A stretch of 63,348 nt of DNA, counting the filler, from Pelomyxa schiedti (taxonomy: Eukaryota; Protista; Evosea): assembly GCA_020536535.1 (NCBI GenBank). It is 15 parts of 15 records of this genome, joined end to end, with 100 filler letters (N's around TTAATTAATTAA, not from the genome) between each part and the next. Parts side by side here need not be neighbours in the genome. Positions count along the whole stretch, not along the records: positions 16,811 to 25,547 come from JAHLWZ010000525.1; positions 25,648 to 28,478 come from JAHLWZ010000739.1; positions 28,579 to 32,295 come from JAHLWZ010001698.1; positions 32,396 to 34,207 come from JAHLWZ010002256.1; positions 34,308 to 47,727 come from JAHLWZ010000174.1; 10 more parts are not named here. One strand, 5' to 3'. Numbering within the stretch: the first letter of the stretch is position 1; each line of letters opens with the position of its first letter. The notes beneath the pieces were generated by a model, which was given only the letters and a program-made list of their open reading frames with translations, did not search any database and had not been told where the DNA came from. The position numbers were made by a program, and so were the translations under genes. This document shows, piece by piece, positions 23,876-35,172 of the stretch.

Positions 23876-24877
23876 TTAGGTTTTTTTGCAGTGTGGAAAG
23901 AAAGGGGGAGTAGGTGGGTGCCTGATAAAATGGTAGTGTACAGATGGTGAGGTTGTGTTGATTGCTGGGAACAGTGGTTTGGAGGTGTTCACATGCCTGA
24001 ATGTTGCAAATGAACGTAGGTTCTTGAAAACTTCCACTTTCCCAAACTTGTGGTCAGGCTGCAATGTGAGAAGGAATGAAATGTGGTTGCTGCCATGAAA
24101 CTTCTCCCATTGACAGTCTGGCCTCTTTGAGCAAATTGCCCCATTCACTCTGGGTGTTGCATCACACAAACTCACTCCAAATGATATGACCTGCTTCACG
24201 ATATTCAATGTTGTATATGTGAATGGGAAGCATGCTCCTCTCCCGATAGCATCAAAGTCAGTTCCATCCAGGGAAGATATTGCACCCACAGCTTCCTGGA
24301 ATTACATTAGAACAAGCTACAAAAAGAAAAGCGGACAATTCAACCTGACCCCCAGGGGAAATTCCATCGACATCGAAAGCCCAATAGACTCTTCCGCATG
24401 AACCAGCAACTTCCTGCAGTGATGGTTGAACCCACGCCATTTTACTGCCGTATCCCAGTGCCAATTGCCAATTGACCCTGTCATCCTCCACCCTCACACC
24501 ACTGCCCCATGTCTCCCACCCACCTTCTCCATAATACAGCATAATAGGATCACCTATTTTCATAATTCAGTTCGCAACCAAACATTGTTAAAACAATTGA
24601 GAGATATTTCATCGAAATTGGGTTTTGGCATCCCTCCCCTGCCCCCACACCCCTCACACGCGCACGCACAAATAAGGAAATCCAGAATGACCCTTCCAAT
24701 CTCAACCGGCACGGCGTGGACCGTCATCAGGCTGCCGGCACCACATCGAGGGTGCCACCCACAAAGAAGCGCGACCTCACGCTGCCCTTTCCTGGTTCGT
24801 CTCTTCTGATCACTATCGTCCGCCTCCTTCCTCTCTATCGCTGTCTTCGTAGTCGTTTTCCCCGTCCGGCGTATCAT
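23876..24877 (-). CDS. 'HPRCG' header (F-box-like) plus SPRY/B30.2-like beta-sandwich protein
   Basis: REVALLCGWHPRCGAGSLMTVHAVPVEIGRVILDFLI|CDP..., then GRVYWAFDVD..Q|EAVG...HISFLLTL...KVEVFKN...KPLFPAIN (SPRY-like). Two introns restore the frame. Confidence 0.65.
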
Positions 24878-25084
24878 CGACCCATCAAAAATTGTAGTGA
24901 TCTCTTCTGAGATTGAGAGGCCCCTTGAACTAAGACTCTGAGATCCTATCTCCTCAAACATCCCACAAGAGATTAAGTATTGTGCATGATGTGGCCACCC
25001 TTGGAGACCTGAGTGACCCCTGAATGGCACTTCGAAGAAAGCCACCTATTTTGAGAAAACTACTAAACAAAACCAAGAGAGGTG

Positions 25085-25547
25085 ATGGCAGCGACATCCA
25101 CGATCAAGACTGTACTTCTGAACGCTTTTCCGGCTGGTAACTTTGCCGTTATTGTGACACTCAATATCGACCTACACACGCATATTTTTTTTGTCCTCTC
25201 GTTTCGTTTTATTTTGGTTTTTTTTTTTCCCCGTAGCAAGAAAAATTAACAACACTCTACTCTGGAACGTAGGAGGGAAATCGGAAATAAGGAAGTTCTT
25301 TAAGTTCCTGGGAGCTGAGAAGTGTGTCACAAACTTCAGACTTGGTGAGTTTGTGCAACTCGATGACTATCCTTACGTGGATATTATGAGGAGGGTCGAT
25401 GAGGCTCTCAACAGGTGTTTCCCTCGATTTCTTGATAAAGCAATCGTGTATTAACTTAATGGGATCCTTTGATAGTAAATATTTATTTTTTTTAGTACTC
25501 ACAAAGTGCCATAGATTGGGTCAACAAAGGATGTTCTTTGACTTGCC
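25085..25547 (+). CDS. P-loop (kinase-like) protein of apparently bacterial type; 3' truncated
   Basis: Spliced MAATSTIKTVLLNAFPA|GGKSEIRKFFKFLGAEKCVTNFRLGEFVQLDDYPYVDIMRRVDEALNR|LGQQRMFF, with a Walker A variant AxPAGGKS. Confidence 0.6.
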
Positions 25548-26312
25548 NNNNNNNNNNNNNNNNNNNNNNNNNNNNNNNNNNNNNNNNNNNNTTAATTAAT
25601 TAANNNNNNNNNNNNNNNNNNNNNNNNNNNNNNNNNNNNNNNNNNNNTTCTCTTGGAGCCAGGCACATAGGCGTACAGCACATCGGGAAACAGGCTATGC
25701 ACATTTACAGCACAGACAACCTCAACACCCCATGCCGAGTCACTCACCCTTCTTTGATCGACCACCAGGAGAGTCTTGCAACAACCACCACAACAAAACT
25801 AGAGTGTGTTTATCCCAGCTGTGGCATTGTGGCATGGAGAGTTGAGCAACCGCAATCACATCAACCAACACAAGTTGTGTACACAAAAACATTTCTTCTG
25901 TGGGACTTAGAGATCAGATGTCTCACCAGAGGAAAGAAGAGGTTTGACAGAGTTTCTTAATCTCCCATCCCACGAACTCAAATGACACAGCCAGCAGCCC
26001 TGATGAACCCTCCAGCACCTGCAAGTACCTGTCATTTCCTTCGACCAGGACTATGAATCCACCACCTGTGATGGCACGCCCACGAGCTTGTGGGATTGAC
26101 CTGACCACTTGGCGCCTCCTCTTCGTAGCCACGTTTTTCCAATCCCAGATGTCGAGCCTGTTGTTTGCTCCCGTGTTGAGGACTGAGAACAGAGATCCAC
26201 CCACTTGTGAGANNNNNNNNNNNNNNNNNNNNNNNNNNNNNNNNNNNNNNNNNNNNNNNNNNNNNNNNNNNNNNNNNNNNNNNNNNNNNNNNNNNNNNNN
26301 NNNNNNNNNNNN

Positions 26313-26625
26313 TTCTCTTGGAGCCAGGCACATAGGCGTACAGCACATCGGGAAACAGGCTATGCACATTTACAGCACAGACAACCTCAACACCCCATGC
26401 CGAGTCACTCACCCTTCTTTGATCGACCACCAGTACCACACAAACCAGGAGAGTCTTGCAACAACCACCACAACAAAACTAGAGTGTGTTTATCCCAGCT
26501 GTGGCATTGTGGCATGGAGAGTTGAGCAACCGCAATCACATCAACCAACAGAAGTTGTGTACACAAAAACATTTCTTCTGTGTGATGGTGACACAGACCT
26601 GCCCCTTGCCACTTTGTCTGTGTGA
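26313..26625 (+). CDS. 3' part of an expanded-family (beta-propeller-like) protein; duplicate at 25648-25905
   Basis: AMHIYSTDNLNTPCRV...VYPSCGIVA...FLLCDGDTDLPLATLSV* matches the C-termini of the other family members. Confidence 0.5.
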
Positions 26626-26779
26626 TAAGAAGACTCCAACAAATTCCAACGTGTGAGCTCACCAATCACATAACTCACACTCCCTTTTTCCCTTTACAAC
26701 GAAACAAGAAGAACACTTTTTTTTCTCATTCGTTTTCCCCACCGCTAACATGATGAATGAGGCTGAGAGATCAGATGTC

Positions 26780-28063
26780 TCACCAGAGGAAAGAAGAGGT
26801 TTGACAGAGTTTCTTTATCTCCCATCCCTCGAACTCAAATGACACAGCCAGCAGCCCTGATGAACCCTCCAGCACCTGCAAGTACCTGTCATTTCCTTCA
26901 ACCAGGACTATGAATCCACCACCTGTGATGGCACGCCCACGAGCTTGCGGGATTGACCTGACCACTTGGCGCCTCCTCTTCGTAGCCACGTTTTTCCAAT
27001 CCCAGATGTCGAGCCTGTTGTTTGCTCCCGTGTTGAGGACTGAGAACAGAGATCCACCCACTTGTGAGATGGAGCGCCTGCATTTCCTGCCTGAATAGAT
27101 CTCGATTGCTGGTGCACCATTCGATTGCACACAGAACAAGGCCGACTTGTTCCTCTCATTTTCTTGGGCATCAACAATGAACACCCTTTGACCGCCAATC
27201 CCCAGATCATCGTTGTTTTGGTCATGAATCACAAGGAGGTTGTTGATGTGCATTGATGGTGGGAAATCACCCAAGGGAATTGTGCTGAGGATGTGAAGGG
27301 TCTCGGTGGAGTAAGTTTGAGAAATGTCACATACCATGATCATACAGTGGCCTCCCTCTTCACTCACCACAACCATAACTGCTTCAGAGAGATTCACCTT
27401 GTTCAGCACGAACACCTGGCAGCTGGAATAGGGGCCAGGAATCTCGACGACTACAACAGTAGGGCTGTCATTCTCCAGAGTGCACACGGCAAGCCTCCTT
27501 TCACGCCGTTTTATCTGCACCAACCACTTCCCGTTGGCCTCAATCCAAAGCTTTTCTGGGGTCTTCCCACCAGTCCTGAAAACTGTCTTTATTCCACTCC
27601 TCCTGGTGTCCCTTATGTGCACACTGCGGTTACGTTGGACATGCAGCCACTTGTTTCCATCAATCCACTGTAATGATGGGACACCAGAGTAAGCACTCTC
27701 ACGCCTCACCACAACCACATCCCTTGTGATTCCCATAAGCAGGGGTGAGATGCCAAACCTGAAACTAACACGCTCAGCTCCCCATTCCAGACTATTATCG
27801 TACGCAACATCTGATGACGATTTCCTCCTCATCACGGCAACCACGACCATCACCCTCTGGCACCCAACAACCCACTCGTCCCACAATTGCTTCACGAGGT
27901 GCGCACCCAAAAGGCTCACGGCGGAGTGGTGCTGGTCCCCATGAGCCCGTGCCGATTGCGTTGAAAAAACTAACGGCAGGAATTGGTTGTGGGCCCTCAG
28001 TCCCTCGCCCTTGCCACGCAAAACATCAACGCACATTGGCTTTGTTGTTGTCGTGCTGCTCAT
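26780..28063 (-). CDS. Expanded lineage-specific family protein (header plus beta-propeller-like domain), intronless, 427 aa
   Basis: Long ORF with RAHNQFL...LVKQLWDEWVV...FGISPLLMGI, ANGKWLV, IWDW and a terminal LQVLEGSSGLLAVSF. Confidence 0.8.
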   Translation of the reverse strand: MSSTTTTKPMCVDVLRGKGEGLRAHNQFLPLVFSTQSARAHGDQHHSAVSLLGAHLVKQLWDEWVVGCQRVMVVVAVMRRKSSSDVAYDNSLEWGAERVSFRFGISPLLMGITRDVVVVRRESAYSGVPSLQWIDGNKWLHVQRNRSVHIRDTRRSGIKTVFRTGGKTPEKLWIEANGKWLVQIKRRERRLAVCTLENDSPTVVVVEIPGPYSSCQVFVLNKVNLSEAVMVVVSEEGGHCMIMVCDISQTYSTETLHILSTIPLGDFPPSMHINNLLVIHDQNNDDLGIGGQRVFIVDAQENERNKSALFCVQSNGAPAIEIYSGRKCRRSISQVGGSLFSVLNTGANNRLDIWDWKNVATKRRRQVVRSIPQARGRAITGGGFIVLVEGNDRYLQVLEGSSGLLAVSFEFEGWEIKKLCQTSSFLW

Positions 28064-28105
28064 TTCTTTTTGCTCTCAATCACGTTTTGATTTCGTCGAG
28101 GAGGG

Positions 28106-28478
28106 ATGGAGGGGGTAAGGTGGAGTGGAGTGCCAGCACAGACCGCACGAGAGCAGATCCACGGGCTCATGATGGCATCCCACAATCGGTGCGGTGCGTC
28201 CAGCCCCGCGCGCCACTTTGTCTCTCTGCCTACCCTCGCCACGTCGCCATTGTGGGACTGGTGCCTCCGCGACACAGAAGTTGTCTTCGGCATTATTGTC
28301 GTGTTGCCCCAGAAGAGCACTATGTGCTACTTCACGTTTGGGGTGTCATGTGCACTTATGGGAGTCACGAGGGAAATTAAGCTGCACAACTGCTGGCCCT
28401 GGGATAAGTTCCCCCGCGGACCAATTCCCATAAGCCCGTCACACGTTGTACTCACCGAGTCGATAACAGCCGACTTGG
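28106..28478 (+). CDS. Expanded-family protein with HxRCG header; 3' truncated
   Basis: AREQIHGLMMASHNRCGASSPARHFVSLPTLATSPLWDWC...FGVSCALMGV; ATG only 42 bp from the divergent paralogue's ATG. Confidence 0.75.
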
Positions 28479-28674
28479 NNNNNNNNNNNNNNNNNNNNNN
28501 NNNNNNNNNNNNNNNNNNNNNNTTAATTAATTAANNNNNNNNNNNNNNNNNNNNNNNNNNNNNNNNNNNNNNNNNNNNCTGTACCTCTTCTGTGCAACAG
28601 TCACAGAAGTGCTTTGTCTATGTGTGTTGGCTATGATTGTTTTCAGTGTTGGTGGAATAGGTCTTCCAAACAGT

Positions 28675-30970
28675 TTATTGGTCAGACCACCATATGCGAG
28701 AAAGTATCTGGGGAATGTTCCACTGACATTGTTGAATGAAAGCAAGTAGATCTTCTTTCGGTAACGCTTCATACAACCGTTGGAACAGAAAGTCCGTCAG
28801 GTATTCAGAATCCTGAGCCTTCAACATAATGTCAGAGCTGAATTCGAACGCGATTAGAAAGATACACTCGGTTGGTGGACAGGTGGTTGGCTCTCCTCCC
28901 AGTCCATTGGATAACCTTTCATATACTTCTGCAGACTCCGAAGAACTTCGCGGACCTTTAAAGGATCATCAGTCTTATAAAGTATACGTAGAGGAGGAAC
29001 CTTCTTTTCTGTGTGATACATTGAAAGCAGAATTGGGATAACCGGTACAAAATCGGTGAATTCGGTTTGGATGGTTCCATCTTGTGGGGTGTTGGTTTGT
29101 GTAGGTGTTGTTGAGTTGTTTGCTTCTGAAACATTGTTGGTTGGGGGACCGGCTATTAATAAGTTCTTCACTTCTTCCTTAAGTGCAGAAATTACTAGGT
29201 CTTTCTCTGCCTCCCTCTCAGCAGCTGCTTTTTTCGCCTTGTCAATTTCGGCTGCAGTTTTTCTTTTTGCTTTTTTCTTCTGGTTTTCTGCTTTTCTATG
29301 TTGTTGACGTGCACTCTGCTGTAATTCTTCTATCTCGTGAATACATTTGTTTCTTTCACTCCTCTCTTTGGCCATCTTGGCTTTGTACTTTCCCCTCAAG
29401 TCTTGTAGTTCCTTTTTGTGGTTGTTCTCTATTTCTTCAATATGAGACTTATATTTTTCAATCAGAGCTTGGGCCGCTGCTTGGGTAAGCTCTTTCTCTC
29501 TTAGTAACTCTTGAACTGTTTGCCGCTCTGTTGACAACCACAAGCGCGCTTCTGATTCTTTCTCTAGAGCTTCACTGAGACGTGCTGCACCCTCCCCTGT
29601 GCTAAGTGCTAGAGCCATGTCACCAATGTTATTTGAAGGGCTCCAGACCCCATAAGTTGAGACACTGCTCCAAAATTGAAAAACGGGGTCCTATTGAGAC
29701 AAGATAAGAAACAAGCACAAAGTACTGATGATTACATGTTCAGTGAAAAACTTTGTTGGGGTGAAGTCTTCCTGCGGTTCTGTCCCATTATACAACAGCA
29801 CAACAATCACGTTCCTACGTAGCTTTAGAAATAATCAGTCACAAACACTACATACTTCACTTTTTTCATCTCACACCAAGTTTTAAAACAGAATCCTTTT
29901 TTCTGCCAAAATTGATTGATGTAGGATCTAAATGAAGATAGATTAGTTACAAAGTAATGGGCAACGAGGTACCTTGGACTTGTGAACTTAGTCTCAATAA
30001 TCACACATGTTGGTCCGTCAATATTGGTGGGTGGTGGGGGATTTCTTGTGGTTTCACCTCCAATGTAAGACCAAGTCACATACTTAAGGGAGGGGAAAAG
30101 GCTGTCCCATTGAACACTTTTTCCCTCTGGAATTCTAAGGACGGAGTCTATGTCCCCCAAGACCCTCCCCTGAATGCACACAGAGGGAATCGAGTTTGGG
30201 GGGCAAGGCAGTTTCCCATATTGCCAAGCAGTAAGTAGACCCATAAAATAAGAGTGTTCCAAGAGTGACCCCTCCAACCTGGCATCTGATCCAGTTGATG
30301 TCTTGCTAGGCACAAATTCAGGGGGGATGAAAACTGCATTTTGGAGGACGAAATCCGTGGTGTTCAGTAGTGTCGCGGCATCCTATTCAGGATAGTAGAA
30401 CCAGAGTCAGACTGATAAAGCAGTGCAGAACCACACAAGTAGTAGACTTACAAAGGGGGTTGGCTCCCAGAACTCAGCCAAGTTGCCACCCACGTCCGTG
30501 TCCAATGCGTCCTCCTCCTCCTCCTCCTCCCCTACATCGCTTGCATTATCACCAACCACAACACCATCAACATCATCAACATCGTAATCAACCACAGCAA
30601 CTTGCAGGTTGTTGGCAGCCGATGTCAAAGTGCACGTTGCGATCCCAGACTGAGACGGCGGGCAGGGTGGAGACACCACCGAGTCAGTGCTGGTGGTGGT
30701 GGACGACGACGGAGCCGCGGAACCGGCATCGGCTTTGTAGTTGGCGCTTGCCTTCGTTGTTGCCGCAGCAGCGGCGGCGGCGGCGTCGCGCAGGCGTGGC
30801 GGCGGCACAACTCGTGACTCCGCTTGCGATGCCGCCGTGGCCCCCTGTGCAGGAGGAGGAGGAGGACGAGGTCGAGGGCGACGGGGGGGCGAAGGCGTTG
30901 TCGTAGCAGATCTGCTAGGCGCGGCAGGCGGTTGCTGTCGTACGCCACGCTTGCGCCGTCGACGTGGCAT
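28675..30970 (-). CDS. Multi-exon protein: low-complexity N-terminus, PD-(D/E)xK-like nuclease domain, coiled coil, possible CUE/UBA-like C-terminus
   Basis: Joins ORFs 30407-30970, 29825-30313 and 28854-29618. Motif LLEHS...LGDIDSVL...VIIETKFTS; K/E-rich coiled coil; ends FQRLYEALPKEDLLAFIQQCQWNIPQILSRIWWSDQ*. Not every splice junction was verified. Confidence 0.5.
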
Positions 30971-31024
30971 CGCCACGGCTACGTGCCCAGGTGAAAAAAA
31001 AAAAAGAAAAGACTTTTTGGGTTC

Positions 31025-31640
31025 ATGAAAGCCGACAACAAGGGGACCACGACACCGGTCTGCAGCTCGGCGGGCGGGAGTGGGATGGATGCCAAGAGGG
31101 TTGCAGAAATACAGCAGAAGATCAACCACATCAAGCAGCAGGAGCAGCTGTGCAGCGACGCCATCGCCCACACCGTGCGTGCCCCGTGCGTGCCCCGGGT
31201 GGGGTGGCTTGTTGGATTGTGGTGGTGCTCCGTGGTGGTCGCACTTATGTTTCTCCTGTTGCCTGTTGTGACAACTCAACTCTATATTTCTAATAAAAAA
31301 CAAACTCGCGTATTTGGGTGTTGCTTTGTCAACATAAGCGTTGGGTTTTTGTTCGTTAGTTTGTTTGCTGCTGCGTTTATTTTCCTCTGTTTATTTTACT
31401 CTAATGTATGTTTGTTGTGTAGGAGGAATTACTGGCACAGATGAGAGCTGAGAGAAATGAAGTACGTGCTAATAATTTATTATCCCATACAACAAAAACA
31501 AAATCAACAAAGGGTGGGTCTGTGTAATTGTGAAGTGAGGTTGAGGTCATACACACAGGTTTCTGAAACTGTGATACGGCTACAGACTCTGAGGCGCAAG
31601 CCGGCATCAACACGGAATCAACCAATGGGAATGGGCAGGA
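31025..31640 (+). CDS. Small coiled-coil hypothetical protein (multi-exon; end uncertain)
   Basis: MKADNK...KRVAEIQQKINHIKQQEQLCSDAIAHT|EELLAQMRAERNE. Confidence 0.35.
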
Positions 31641-32466
31641 ACACAGTCACGCCAGCCCGCGCTGCTACTAATTTGTCAAATGGTTCTCAACCAACTCACA
31701 CCAAAGTAAAACACAGGTATCTCTGATATTTCAGAGTGAGGAATCCTAAATTGGTCATAGGCAAGATTGACTCTGAGCTTTTTTTTTATGCCCATGTACT
31801 TAGCTTTTGTTGTAAATTTGGTTACATCAATCTATGTTCATAGTTTCTCTAGACTTCTTTTTCCCTTTTGTTACAACGTTATTCTGAACAGAATCGCATC
31901 TTACAGGACGCATCATAGTTTTGAGTAAAGGGTATCCCTGATTAGAGCCGGTTCAGTACTTTTGTATGATTTCTGCACTCGTCCAATAACAATTGTGTAG
32001 TCCTCAACTGAGTACAATTAAATTGGTGCCTTGATGTTACATGTTACAGTAATTATAAAAAAGCACCATCTATAGTTTTGTACAGAATGCATTCAAAACA
32101 AGATGATGACTTAAGAAAAAGGGGCACGCCCAGCTTTCCCCGGAATACTATGGCATAGACGTCACATAAGAGTTGACAGGGGAAGAGTCTCACCTTTAGC
32201 TTCCGGCGATTTGAACTTATCTTCAGTCTTTCCGGAAGCATGCCCAAAGTAAACAGCAAGTTTCTTCTGTGATGGCGAAAGGTAACACACTCCTTNNNNN
32301 NNNNNNNNNNNNNNNNNNNNNNNNNNNNNNNNNNNNNNNTTAATTAATTAANNNNNNNNNNNNNNNNNNNNNNNNNNNNNNNNNNNNNNNNNNNNGGCGC
32401 TGGGGTGGGTGCGGGAAGTGCGGGAGGGCGTGGGGGGAGGGGACCATCGGCAGGTGGAGGGACGAG

Positions 32467-33498
32467 ATGCGAAGCAATGTGGTGCACACTGGCCCCCAAT
32501 TCGGCGGCGGCGGCGGCGGCGGGGGCAGCAGCAACAGCAGCAGCAGCATCAACAACAACAAAGGGTGGCCGCGGTGCAACGCGATGGATGGCAGGTGGTG
32601 GCTGTGGTGCAGCGGCTACGTGATCGCTGTGAAGAACCTCTCGTTGTGCCAAAGGTGTGCGGGTTCTGATTCTGCTGCCTCTTCTGCTTCCGCTTCTGTT
32701 TCTTCTGATTATGGGGATGTATGGTGGAGGGGTGGGACTGCGTTCAAATATGACGCGCAGGGAAATCCACAGAGGGATGAAGTCAGGGGTGGGTGGGTTT
32801 TCGCACCGCTTGTATATCCTCTTAAGTTGGACGTGGGCCAGAGGCGTGTAATTGTGGCCTCTTCTGCGGATATGGTGGATATTGTGTTCAGGAGCCCGGA
32901 GGAGGCGTTCCTCGTGTTCAGGACATGGAATGTCACTGTACTTGCTACCATCAACCTGCCTCAGGTATACCAGAACAGGCAAGTGGAGTTCACAAGCTAC
33001 ATCTGCGTTCCCCTGTTGTACCACTCTGCCGTCGTTGTGAACAAGAGGACCGGGAAAGAGTGCCTCCTTTTCCTTGGCAGGAATAACCGAGATACAAACG
33101 GGACACGGGATACAGCAATGATGGACGTATACAAGGTGGACATTACCACAGGCACCCCAAAGAAGCACATAACCACAGGCATATCTTGCAGCAGGATTAC
33201 AGAGAGCCTGTTCTGTGTGCTAACACAGCGGGAAGAGGCACAAGTGTGGGACTGCAATGACCTCAGCGCGCCGCTGAGGACTGCTTCCAACTGCCCCGGA
33301 AGCGGTGTGATTATGGGATGCTGCGGTATGATGTTCAGCGTGGACCCGGCGAGCCTGGTGGTGACTGTGACTGAGGCCAGGACAGGGATACTCATCATGA
33401 CAATCAGGCCGTTTGATGGAGGCGTGACTGAACGCTCCCCTAAGTCCGACTCTGGCGTATTCTTCGCGGCCCACGTGGCCCCAGCTTCTGATCTCTGA
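32467..33498 (+). CDS. Expanded-family beta-propeller-like protein (probably 5' truncated)
   Basis: 343-aa intronless ORF with RITESLFCV, VWDCNDLSAPLR and a terminal VTVTEARTGILIMTI shared with other members. Confidence 0.75.
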   Translation: MRSNVVHTGPQFGGGGGGGGSSNSSSSINNNKGWPRCNAMDGRWWLWCSGYVIAVKNLSLCQRCAGSDSAASSASASVSSDYGDVWWRGGTAFKYDAQGNPQRDEVRGGWVFAPLVYPLKLDVGQRRVIVASSADMVDIVFRSPEEAFLVFRTWNVTVLATINLPQVYQNRQVEFTSYICVPLLYHSAVVVNKRTGKECLLFLGRNNRDTNGTRDTAMMDVYKVDITTGTPKKHITTGISCSRITESLFCVLTQREEAQVWDCNDLSAPLRTASNCPGSGVIMGCCGMMFSVDPASLVVTVTEARTGILIMTIRPFDGGVTERSPKSDSGVFFAAHVAPASDL

Positions 33499-33662
33499 GG
33501 TGCCTCAGTGACTCACGGCACCAAGAGTAATAATAAATAAATTTCCAACTTGTCTGTCAGACAACATTTGATGATTCCGAAGAAAATACAATTAAAAAAA
33601 ATCAGGATCTTTCGGTTGTTAGTGGTGTCGCTGTTACGGGCGTTGAGACTGTACATTGACAA

Positions 33663-34207
33663 ATGGCAGGGTATTATGGCGGTGCGGCGTGGAATTGGGT
33701 GTGTTCGTGGTGGTGGCAGACTTACGACTCGGCTCGTTGGTGCGATGCCTTTTGTTTTTCCCTTGCTTTCATTAAAGAAATTTACTGGTTGTTTTTATTT
33801 GTTGATTGTGGAAATGCAGTAAGGGAATTGTTGAAATGGGAGTGATACGGCTGCGGATGAGGTACAATAAACTGGAGGAAGAGAACAGACATGCCAAACA
33901 ACTGGCAAGGGACACTCTGGCGCAGTATCTATCTGCTTCGTCAGCTGCCAAAGGAAACCTGCATCTTGTGGAAACAAAGGTTTCTTTCTCATTTTTCCCC
34001 CTTTCTGATCACCTACGTGTGTCTAATGATTAATTAATTCCTTATGTCAGGCAGAGAATTACCTTAAAGGCGAAAACAGACTTGCAGCTCTTAAGATTGT
34101 TGAACAGCAATTTAAGATTATACAGTCCAACTTCTCACTGCTGGACCAATTGTCGTGTGTACCTGCCGTTTTTTCCCTTGTTTTAACTCAGCCATTCACA
34201 TAGAAAC
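33663..34207 (+). CDS. IST1-like (Vps4 regulator, ESCRT-III-associated) protein, divergent; 3' truncated
   Basis: Spliced YDSAR|CKGIVEMGVIRLRMRYNK...ARDTLAQYL...K|AENYLKGENRLAALKIVEQQFKIIQSNFSLL parallels IST1 'KCK..LKLA..R.KL..NK...R.DIA.LL...RVE..I.E.N...A.EI.E.YC'. Confidence 0.6.
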
Positions 34208-34307
34208 NNNNNNNNNNNNNNNNNNNNNNNNNNNNNNNNNNNNNNNNNNNNTTAATTAATTAANNNNNNNNNNNNNNNNNNNNNNNNNNNNNNNNNNNNN
34301 NNNNNNN

Positions 34308-35041
34308 CCTGCAGAAGTAAAGAAGAAGTGGCCGTTCGCCCACGACGAAAGGTGTGCGGATGTCACCCAGCAGGAGCCATTGACCACAATTAAGACCCTC
34401 GCTGACCTGCCCGCTCTTCTCTTTGCCAGGAAAGTAGTCGGTACGCTTGTCGTTGTGTTTTTGGGCTTGCGTGTGGGTTGGGGAAGGGATTTGTGGTTTA
34501 ACAAACAAGTAGGGGAAGCGGTTGAAGTTAAGGCACCAAATGGGGATTTTTCTGCCACTCTCTTCAAGCAGTGGCCCAACTGTACCAAATTTTATGCTGT
34601 CTCTCCGTCATATCCAATAAGCTCCAATAGCGGTCCAGTTGTGGTGTTTGACAAATCATCAAAGGAGGTTCAAGCCTCAGCACAGCAATTGTGACCTTTC
34701 TAATTCATTTTTCAGGCTGCCGAACAAATTCCTGATAAATCCTTGGCACTTGTGTTCCTAAATAACTACGCAACGGTACTTGAAGATTTGGCAATATGGT
34801 ACCCAAAACTCAAACTAGGGGGAATTATGTCTGGTCGTTTCAAGGATTTGGTATTTCTCATTCCCACTCTTTACTAAGTCTCTTTGATGTACTTAAAAAA
34901 TAACAGAATAACCGCGATAACGCCGCGCTCTTTGAGGAGTCACTCAATACACCCGTCCTTCAATTTTCAAGAGCTGTCTGTAGGCAAGTATCAATGACCT
35001 ACCGCACAGGGAAATCGCCCTCATTTTACTTTGCCAAGTAA
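34308..35041 (+). CDS. Degenerate Methyltransf_24 paralogue (probable pseudoenzyme); 5' truncated; second copy at 35757-36071
   Basis: Aligns to the 37544 gene (CTKFYAV, IPDKSL, VLEDLAIWYPKLKLGG, SFYFAK*) but has EVKAPNG for EIGVQSG, AVSPS for AVDPW and FLNNY for YIDARHDY. The frame is open after splicing. Confidence 0.7.
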
Positions 35042-35172
35042 AACAGTTTTTTTTTTGGGAACAAGATATTCTGTAGTAAACAGTTCTGTAGGAAAGAGTT
35101 CGCTAAGGATAAATTAACATTGTGTAGATCATTTAGGCTAAGAGGCTTTTGATCTCCAATTGCTTCTCGATC

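Noticed and set aside
24258-24565. In-frame TGA codons suggesting stop-codon reassignment or selenocysteine
   Set aside because: The TGA at 24560 falls in a GT-AG intron and the one at 24258 is out of frame after splicing. Alpha-SNAP and other genes use TGA, TAA and TAG as normal stops.
33495-33522. Overlapping hairpins (CTGAGG/CCTCAG, GGTGCC/GGCACC) at a stop codon
   Set aside because: Short stems of 6 bp, single occurrence, and no U-tract or Helitron CTRR end.
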